This document shows, one piece after another, positions 57,174-64,000 of a stretch of DNA of 64,000 nucleotides. Location: the NCBI GenBank assembly GCA_965601925.1, contig OZ271854.1, forward strand, positions 928,001-992,000, in the 5' to 3' direction. Within the stretch, counting starts at the first letter, position 1, and the number at the start of each line of letters is the position of its first letter. Origin of the DNA: Alkalispirochaeta sp. (GTDB taxonomy: Bacteria > Spirochaetota > Spirochaetia > DSM-27196 > Alkalispirochaetaceae). The translations under genes were made by a program, and so were the position numbers. Below the pieces are notes generated by a model, which saw only the letters and a program-made list of their open reading frames with translations, made no database searches and was not told the DNA's origin.

Positions 57174-58233
57174 AGGGGTTCTCCGCGTCGCGGTGGCGAC
57201 GGCGGTTCTACTCTCGGTGGCCGGGTGCGCCCGCTTTCGGGCCGCCGAGAATGCCTCGGAGGACCGACCGGTGACGATCGGGTTCTCGGTAGCGACGGAT
57301 ACCTTCATCATCGAGCGCTGGAACAAAGATATCAAGGTGTTCAACTCAGCCGCCGGCGAGCTCGGCGCGGAGGTGATTTTGCAGATGTCCGCGGGAGGCA
57401 CACAGGCACAAATCGATCAGATCCGCTATCTTCTCGACCAACAGATCGACGTCCTGGTCATTCTGCCTCACGATACGGAGATGCTCGCCGGTGTGGTGCG
57501 AGCCGCCAACGATCAACGCATACCGGTGCTCGCCTACGATCGCCTGATTCAAGGCGTACCGGTCACGGCCTACGTGTCGTTCGACAACGAGGAGGTCGGC
57601 AGGCTCTTCGGTCGCGCCCTCACCGACGCGGTTCCGCGGGGTAACTATCTCATCGTCAACGGCTCGGTACGAGACAACAATAGCTATCTCGTCAACAGCG
57701 GACTCCACGAGGTACTCCGTCCGTACATCGATTCTCAGGAAATCACCGTCGTCGACGAGATCTGGCTCGAGGCGTGGAGCTCCGACGAGGCCACGTCACG
57801 TATCGCCGAAGTGTTGGAACGCACGACCGATATCGACGCCATATCGGCCGCCAACGATCAGATCGCGAATGCGGCGATTCAATTGCTGGCGGAACGCCGC
57901 CTGGCGGGCCACGTAGCGGTCGTAGGTCAGGACGCCGACCTCGTCTCGACGCAGCGAGTGGTGGAGGGGTTGCAGCTGATGACGGTGTATAAACCGATCC
58001 ATCTGCTGGCGAGCCGCGCGGCGGAAGTCGCCTACGGAATGGCGACCGGTGAGATTCCACCCCCCGATCGATACATGGAGAACGGGAGCGATACCCCCAT
58101 TCCCTTCTATATGGAAGAGCCGCTGGCCGTCTTTCGCGGAAACATGGACGAGACGATCATCCGGGACGGGTTTCATAGCGCCGAGGACGTCTATCGCACG
58201 ACCTCCGGGGAGCTTCAAACAGGACAAAATTGA
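57163..58233 (+). CDS. XylF-like sugar-binding lipoprotein
   Basis: Lipobox-like VAGC; ERWNKD, AYDRLI, YVSFDNEEVG, AAND, GQDAD, MTVYKP. Confidence 0.88.
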   Translation: MAHRGVLRVAVATAVLLSVAGCARFRAAENASEDRPVTIGFSVATDTFIIERWNKDIKVFNSAAGELGAEVILQMSAGGTQAQIDQIRYLLDQQIDVLVILPHDTEMLAGVVRAANDQRIPVLAYDRLIQGVPVTAYVSFDNEEVGRLFGRALTDAVPRGNYLIVNGSVRDNNSYLVNSGLHEVLRPYIDSQEITVVDEIWLEAWSSDEATSRIAEVLERTTDIDAISAANDQIANAAIQLLAERRLAGHVAVVGQDADLVSTQRVVEGLQLMTVYKPIHLLASRAAEVAYGMATGEIPPPDRYMENGSDTPIPFYMEEPLAVFRGNMDETIIRDGFHSAEDVYRTTSGELQTGQN

Positions 58234-58368
58234 TGTCACGCCAGTGCTATTCAACCGTGCGACGAGGCGGGCGAGTGCGGTTTGTACGACTCATGTCGCG
58301 ATATTCCTGTAGCGGGCGGCGCCGGGCGCACTCACAATGATGCATATCCATAGTACAAAGGAGTGTGT

Positions 58369-59466
58369 ATGAAGCGAATCGTTCTTTTGATTCTTGCTAC
58401 GGTCCTCACCGCAGGTGTGGTCTTTGCCGGTGGTAGCGGTGAGGGGGGCCTCGATATCGGAATCGCGATGCCCGAGACCCACGTAGAACGGTGGCAGCAA
58501 GACGGCGCGGCGCTACTCGAAGGCGCGCAGGCGGCGGGTTATAACGCTGAGGTTGCGTTCGGCGACGCCGATCAGAGCCGCCAAAACCAGCAGATCCAAG
58601 ATTTCATTACCAAGGGTGCGCGATTGCTCATCGTCGGCAACATCAACGAGGGCGTCAACTCGGTGGTGCGCGAGGCAGCCGAAGAGGGGATCATCGTGAT
58701 CGCCTACGACCGCCTCATCACCGGTGCGGATACCTACGACTACTACATCACCTTCGACAACTTCAATGTCGGCGAGATGCAGGGAGGCGCGATTGAGTTG
58801 GCGCTGGATCTCTCTAACGTCACCGCCGACGATCCGCGATACATCACCCTGTTTGCCGGCTCTCCCACGGATAACAACGCCAACTTCTTCTTCGACGGCG
58901 CGATGTCGGTACTCGCTCCCCACGTCGAACGGGGAGCGCTGGTCGTGGTCGGTCCCGCGCCGATGAGCTCCTCGGACTCGGCCTTTACCCGCATTGCGAC
59001 CGAGGGTTGGAGAGCGGAAGTTGCGAAAGCGCGTATGGAAAACCTCCTGAGCAACGACGCTCGCGACGTGGTGCTGGACGCGGTATTGGCTCCCAACGAC
59101 ACGCTGGCCCGGGCGATTATCGAGGCGTTGGCGGCGGATGCGAAGTACTCGACCGTCGATACATTGCCGGTCGTCACCGGTCAGGACGGCGAGATCGCAT
59201 CGGTCCAAGCGATTCGCGACGGACGTCAGTACATGACCGTCTTCAAAGACACGCGTAATCTCGCCGCCGGGGCGATCACGCTCGCCGACGCACTGCTCTC
59301 CGGAGACACGCCTCGCGTGCCCGGCGCCCGCGTCGACACCGAAACCTACGATACGGGTCTCAAAGTGGTGACCTCGTACCTTCTCGAGCCGATCAACGTG
59401 ACTCAGGATAACTGGGAAGAGATTATGATCGGCAGCGGTTATTACTCCGAGAGCGATCTCCAGTAG
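58369..59466 (+). CDS. chvE: Multiple-monosaccharide binding protein (ChvE-like)
   Basis: IGIAMP...ERW..DG, AYDRLI, TFDNFNVG, FAGSPTDNNA.FF, TGQD, TVFKDTR. Confidence 0.8.
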   Translation: MKRIVLLILATVLTAGVVFAGGSGEGGLDIGIAMPETHVERWQQDGAALLEGAQAAGYNAEVAFGDADQSRQNQQIQDFITKGARLLIVGNINEGVNSVVREAAEEGIIVIAYDRLITGADTYDYYITFDNFNVGEMQGGAIELALDLSNVTADDPRYITLFAGSPTDNNANFFFDGAMSVLAPHVERGALVVVGPAPMSSSDSAFTRIATEGWRAEVAKARMENLLSNDARDVVLDAVLAPNDTLARAIIEALAADAKYSTVDTLPVVTGQDGEIASVQAIRDGRQYMTVFKDTRNLAAGAITLADALLSGDTPRVPGARVDTETYDTGLKVVTSYLLEPINVTQDNWEEIMIGSGYYSESDLQ

Positions 59467-59485
59467 GACGCCGCGTCCCAACGGT

Positions 59486-59520
59486 ACGCCATCGGCCGCC
59501 TATCGTGCGGCTGATGGCGT
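59486..59520 (+). terminator. Intercistronic stem-loop after chvE
   Basis: ACGCCATCGGCCGC / GCGGCTGATGGCGT 14-bp stem with one G-U pair. Confidence 0.55.
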
Positions 59521-59547
59521 CTTCGTCTTACGGTAGGGCTACATTGA

Positions 59548-61071
59548 ATGAGCAGTGAATACATTCTGGAAGTAAAAAACGTCACGAAGCACTTTCCCGG
59601 CGTGTGCGCCTTGGACAATGTGAGCTTCCGCATTGCACCGGGGGAGATTCACGGTATCTGCGGAGAAAACGGGGCCGGTAAATCGACGCTCATGGGCGTC
59701 ATCAGCGGGGTACACCCGGTCGGCAGCTACGACGGCACCGTCGTCGTCCATGGGAAAGAGACCCACTTCCGAAGCGTACGGGATAGTGAGAAGGTCGGCC
59801 TGACGATCATGCACCAGGAGTTGGCCCTCAGCCCGTACCTCTCAATTTACGAGAATATGTTTCTCGGCCACGCCGAGACGCGTTTCGGTATCATCGACTG
59901 GGACGACCTTTTGGTCCGATCGCGCCCCTTTCTGGAACGTGTCGGACTCAAAGACCGCCCCGAGACGATCGTCAGCAAAATGGGGGTGGGCAAGCAGCAA
60001 CTGGTAGAGATCGCCCGCGCCCTCTCGAAGAATACCGAGATACTCATTCTGGATGAGCCGACTGCATCGCTCAACGACGAGGAGAGCGAGAAGTTGCTTG
60101 ACCTGATATTGGACCTCAAGAAAGAGGGCCTTACATGTATCTTGATCTCGCACAAGCTGAACGAAGTCCTGAGAGTGGCCGACGCGATCACCGTGTTGCG
60201 CGACGGCGAATCGATCCGCACCTACGACAACTCCGCAGAGCACGTGACGCGGTCGATGTTGATCAAGGATATGGTCGGACGCGAGATGACGCATCTCTAC
60301 CCGGAGAAAGATCCCAACATCGGCGACGTGGTGATGGAGGTTCAAGACTGGACGGTCTACCACCCGGAGTATCACGACATGAAGGTGGTCGATTCCGCCT
60401 CGTTTACCGTCCGCAAGGGTGAGATCGTCGGATTCTGCGGGCCGATGGGCGCCGGACGCACGGAGCTGATGATGAGCCTTTTCGGCCGTTCCTACGGTTC
60501 CCGAGCTGAGGGGACGATGGTGCTCCACGGCGAGGAGGTGGAGCTCGCGACGCCGCGGGAGGCGATCGGCGCCGGCATCGGGTACGTGTCGGAGGATCGC
60601 AAGAGTCTCGGTCTCGTACTGATCCAGGACGTCAAAACCAATATTACCAACTCCAGCCTGGACAAATTGTCTCGCGCGGGCGTGGTCGACTCGTTCCGCG
60701 AGGTGGAGGCCGCCGAGGGTTATCGGCGCTCCCTCAACATCAAGACGCCGTCGATCACCCAAGTTGTGCGCAACTTGAGCGGCGGCAACCAACAGAAGGT
60801 GGTCCTCAGCCGCTGCCTCCTCGCCGGGCCCGATATTTTCATCGTCGACGAACCGACGCGAGGTATCGACGTCGGAGCCAAGTACGAGATTTACACGATC
60901 CTGAACGAGCTTGCGGCGGAGGGCAAGAGTATCATCATGGTTACCTCCGAGCTACCGGAGGCGATCGGTATGGCCGACCGGATCTACGTCATGAACGAGG
61001 GACGCATCAAAGGCTGCCTCACGCAAGACGAAGCAACGCAAGAAGATATTATGCACATGGCATTAAGCTGA
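59548..61071 (+). CDS. gguA: Multiple-sugar ABC ATP-binding protein (GguA-like)
   Basis: GENGAGKSTLM.V.SGV.P.GSY.G, LSGGNQQKV, DEPTRGIDVGAKYEIY. Confidence 0.88.
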   Translation: MSSEYILEVKNVTKHFPGVCALDNVSFRIAPGEIHGICGENGAGKSTLMGVISGVHPVGSYDGTVVVHGKETHFRSVRDSEKVGLTIMHQELALSPYLSIYENMFLGHAETRFGIIDWDDLLVRSRPFLERVGLKDRPETIVSKMGVGKQQLVEIARALSKNTEILILDEPTASLNDEESEKLLDLILDLKKEGLTCILISHKLNEVLRVADAITVLRDGESIRTYDNSAEHVTRSMLIKDMVGREMTHLYPEKDPNIGDVVMEVQDWTVYHPEYHDMKVVDSASFTVRKGEIVGFCGPMGAGRTELMMSLFGRSYGSRAEGTMVLHGEEVELATPREAIGAGIGYVSEDRKSLGLVLIQDVKTNITNSSLDKLSRAGVVDSFREVEAAEGYRRSLNIKTPSITQVVRNLSGGNQQKVVLSRCLLAGPDIFIVDEPTRGIDVGAKYEIYTILNELAAEGKSIIMVTSELPEAIGMADRIYVMNEGRIKGCLTQDEATQEDIMHMALS

Positions 61072-61087
61072 TACGCGGGAGTTTTAC

Positions 61088-62284
61088 ATGACCGATACTA
61101 TATTGACCCCACACACAATGACCTTTCGGCGCCTATTCAAGGACAACATCAGAAATTACTCGATGTTCATCATGTTGGGTTTGATCTTCGCCGTGTTTGC
61201 CGCGCTGACCGGCGGCATCAACTTCTCCTCGCGGAATGTGTCGAACATCTTCATGCAGAACAGCTACATCCTCATCCTCGCCGCCGGCATGGTCCTGGTC
61301 ATCATCGTCGGCAACATCGATCTCTCGGTGGGATCGATCGCGGCGTTTACCGGAGCGATCGCCGCGATGCTTTACAACACGGGGATGGGGCTTCCGGCGG
61401 CGGTCTTGTTGACGATGGCGGCCGGAGCGGTGATCGGCGTCTTCCAAGGATTCTGGATCGCGTTTATGAAGATCCCCGCCTTCATCGTCACCCTGTCGGG
61501 CATGCTCCTGTTCCGCGGGTTAACCTACGTCATTACCAACGTCACACCGATCTCCCTCGCGGACGACGGCTTTCGGCAAATAACGTCGGGATTCTGGTCG
61601 ATAGAGGCGCTTACGGTGGACCGCACTCACTACTTTGCGTGGGTCGTCGGCGGTGCCTTGGCGCTCGTCGCGGTCCTCGCGTCTCTCAGCGCGCGTCGCA
61701 ACAAGCTCCGCAAGGGGTTCGAGCTTCTGCCCATGTCCGCGTTCGTCCTGAAGAACGCCTTCATCGTCGGCGGAATCGCGCTTCTGTCGTGGAAGTTCGC
61801 CGATTTTCGCGGCCTTCCGGTCATCGTCGTAGTACTGGCGGTAGTGGTGGGGGTGCTGACCTTCGTTACCAAGCGTACCGTTATCGGTCGCTATATCTAT
61901 GCGGTCGGCGGCAACGCGCGGTCGGCCAAGCTTTCGGGCATCGACTCGGAGATGGTCGTATTCGTGGTGCACGTGATCATGGGCAGCCTCGCCGGGCTTG
62001 CGGGCCTCGTATTCGCCGGATACATGAACTCCGCCCTTCCCCAGGCCGGACAGCTGTTCGAGCTCGACGCGATCGCAGCGTGCTTCATCGGCGGTGCGTC
62101 GGCGTCCGGCGGCATCGGGACGATCATCGGCGCCATTATCGGCGGGTTGGTCATGGGCGTCATCAACAACGGCATGTCGCTGATGAACATCGGCGCCGAC
62201 TGGCAGTACGTCGTCAAGGCGCTCGTACTCCTCTTGGCGGTCTTCTACGATATCTACACGCGACGCAAGGCGGGCCTCGCCTAA
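61088..62284 (+). CDS. gguB: Multiple-sugar ABC permease (GguB-like)
   Basis: QNSYILILA.GM, IDLSVGS, FELDAIAACFIGGAS. Confidence 0.88.
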   Translation: MTDTILTPHTMTFRRLFKDNIRNYSMFIMLGLIFAVFAALTGGINFSSRNVSNIFMQNSYILILAAGMVLVIIVGNIDLSVGSIAAFTGAIAAMLYNTGMGLPAAVLLTMAAGAVIGVFQGFWIAFMKIPAFIVTLSGMLLFRGLTYVITNVTPISLADDGFRQITSGFWSIEALTVDRTHYFAWVVGGALALVAVLASLSARRNKLRKGFELLPMSAFVLKNAFIVGGIALLSWKFADFRGLPVIVVVLAVVVGVLTFVTKRTVIGRYIYAVGGNARSAKLSGIDSEMVVFVVHVIMGSLAGLAGLVFAGYMNSALPQAGQLFELDAIAACFIGGASASGGIGTIIGAIIGGLVMGVINNGMSLMNIGADWQYVVKALVLLLAVFYDIYTRRKAGLA

Positions 62285-62297
62285 CATTCACGCCCGG

Positions 62298-62336
62298 ACG
62301 GAGGGTGCCGCGAAATGGGGCGCGGCGTCCCTCCGT
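62298..62336 (+). terminator. GC-rich hairpin after gguB
   Basis: ACGGAGGG...CCCTCCGT enclosing GCCGCG/CGCGGC; U-tract weak. Confidence 0.45.
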
Positions 62337-62384
62337 GGGTTACAGTTTCGACAATAGACTATACTCTGTAGGAAGAGGTGCCCA

Positions 62385-63995
62385 ATGGAAGAGCCCAATC
62401 GGGTCGAGCAGGTGATCGCCCGCTACAGCGGCGAGATTCGCTCCCTCATTGACAAAACTTCCAGCCATATCTGGGATCTGGTCGCGGTATCCCACCTCAA
62501 CGCCGCCTTCGTTCGAGAGATCGTCGCATCCAATACGGCCAATCAAGAAGCGCTCTCCATCGTCGATACGGAGTTGAATCAACTACAGGGCGCGTCGGGC
62601 CAGATCGTTGAGGCCGCCGGCGAGTCCGTCGGACGCCTCGATACCAGCCGCAGCCTCTTTGAGAAAGTGCGCGCCAACATGGACGCCTTCGCACGCGATC
62701 TCTCGGAGATGGAGAAGCGCTTTCAAACGTTCAGCGCGATGGTCGGAGAGGTTAACGAGGCGGCCGTCGGTATCGTGAGAATCGTCGAGGCGATCCAGGG
62801 CATCTCCGACCTGACGAATCTGTTGGCCCTCAACGCGGCGATCGAGGCGGCCCGCGCGGGTGAGCACGGCCGCGGCTTCAAAGTCGTCGCCCACGAGGTG
62901 AAGAAGCTCGCCGATCAAAGCCAATCGTTGACGAAACAGATAAGCGACGTCCTCGGCGATCTGCGGTCGCGCATGACGACGACGCTCGAGGCTTTGTCGG
63001 AGTACGAGGAAATCAAGAGCAAAATCAACGACCGCATAGAGACCACCGGCGATCATCTACAGACTTCCGGCGAGGCGTTGGTTCGGGCCGATGCCGCAGT
63101 CACGGAAATCGAGCGGAGTGTACGGGTTCAGAAAGAGAGTACGGACCGGATCGCCCGTCAAATCGAGAGCCTAAGCGCCGCCGCCGCCACGGTACGGTCG
63201 AGCGCAACGCATATCGTCGCTAATCTCGACCAGGAGCAGCGCGTCGTAGACGCGTTAGCGCGAAGCGACTCGAGCAATCGCGCCGGCGTACGGACCTTTC
63301 ATGACGACTTGGCGCAGATCGGTATCCTGAAGCGCAGGAGTCGCGTCATTTATGTGGGTCACGACCTTGCGTATCCGCCGTGGTGTTATGTGGAGGACGG
63401 TCGTTCGGCGGGGATCAGCATCGACATCCTTACCATGATCGCGCGCAAAATGGACGTCAGCGTGGTGTATCAACCCCACCAATTCGAGGATTCTCTTCAC
63501 GACCTTTTCGAAGGGCGAATCGACTTGCTCTTGAACGTCGGCTGGCCGAACGCAATATTCGACGGCAAGGACGTGATCGTCACGAAAGCGTATGCGACGT
63601 TCGAACCGGTGTTGTTCGTCTACGGTGAGGCCGACGGTGCGGCGGCGCTGGAAACATTTTCGGGAAAGCGTATTGCGTACCAACAGGGGAGTTATACCGA
63701 GCACTGTATGGAGGGACAATCGGCGCAGATGGTTCCGGTTGAGAACGACATCCAAGGTATTGCCAAACTCGTCTGGGGGCACGTCGATGCGGTGGCGACC
63801 GAGCGAATTGTCGGTAACCACATTTCGAATCGCTTCTTCCAGGGTCACATCAACGAGGCGAGCTCTACCTGCGTAATCGTCAAGACGGTAATGGTACTGC
63901 CTTCGGACCGCACGGAGCTCCGAGACGGTTTGAACGGCGCCCTGGACGACGGGACCGTAAACGCGGAGATCTCGCGCATCATGGCGCGCTACTGA
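62385..63995 (+). CDS. Soluble methyl-accepting chemotaxis protein with C-terminal family-3 (PBPb) binding domain
   Basis: [31 protein letters not shown]; no TM helix; C-terminal VG.D.AYPPW.Y...G...GISIDIL...GRIDLL. Confidence 0.88.
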   Translation: MEEPNRVEQVIARYSGEIRSLIDKTSSHIWDLVAVSHLNAAFVREIVASNTANQEALSIVDTELNQLQGASGQIVEAAGESVGRLDTSRSLFEKVRANMDAFARDLSEMEKRFQTFSAMVGEVNEAAVGIVRIVEAIQGISDLTNLLALNAAIEAARAGEHGRGFKVVAHEVKKLADQSQSLTKQISDVLGDLRSRMTTTLEALSEYEEIKSKINDRIETTGDHLQTSGEALVRADAAVTEIERSVRVQKESTDRIARQIESLSAAAATVRSSATHIVANLDQEQRVVDALARSDSSNRAGVRTFHDDLAQIGILKRRSRVIYVGHDLAYPPWCYVEDGRSAGISIDILTMIARKMDVSVVYQPHQFEDSLHDLFEGRIDLLLNVGWPNAIFDGKDVIVTKAYATFEPVLFVYGEADGAAALETFSGKRIAYQQGSYTEHCMEGQSAQMVPVENDIQGIAKLVWGHVDAVATERIVGNHISNRFFQGHINEASSTCVIVKTVMVLPSDRTELRDGLNGALDDGTVNAEISRIMARY

Positions 63996-64000
63996 ACCGC

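Overview
High-GC bacterial window; the binding-protein signal peptides ending FA-x-G-x-x-E/D suggest a free-living spirochaete, which is inference only. It is dominated by carbohydrate catabolism. (1) A myo-inositol cluster (iolE divergent from ABC-LacI-iolG-iolG-iolB-iolD-GntR-transaldolase-like-iolA) has no visible iolC or iolJ; a transaldolase-fold gene with atypical active-site residues lies directly upstream of iolA, suggesting a kinase-independent route. (2) An oligosaccharide/uronate locus (Ogl/PL22-like, GDPD, alpha/alpha-toroid lyase-like protein, HAD fusion) is divergent from an Opp-type ABC system. (3) An AraC-SDR-GH88-isomerase-oxidoreductase locus. (4) Two toxin-antitoxin-like pairs (MNT-HEPN and VapBC). 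(5) Two copies of a 132-bp triple-hairpin MITE with 4-bp target duplications, one disrupting a DUF1624-like gene. (6) A ~7.1-kb island bounded by a perfect 33-bp direct repeat, carrying a MocR regulator, two matching TGGATCT-N17-TGGATCT sites, a DegT aminotransferase, a ceramidase-like amidase, a dehydrogenase and an orphan SBP. (7) nfo, then a BTAD-STAND-TPR regulator divergent from a degenerate ParB/Srx-like gene with 11-bp-periodic heptamers. (8) A XylFII-LytS-YesN-type sensor with a ChvE/GguAB transporter. (9) A soluble chemoreceptor with a C-terminal amino-acid-binding domain. No rRNA, tRNA or CRISPR array was seen. All calls come from reading motifs by eye; no searches were run.
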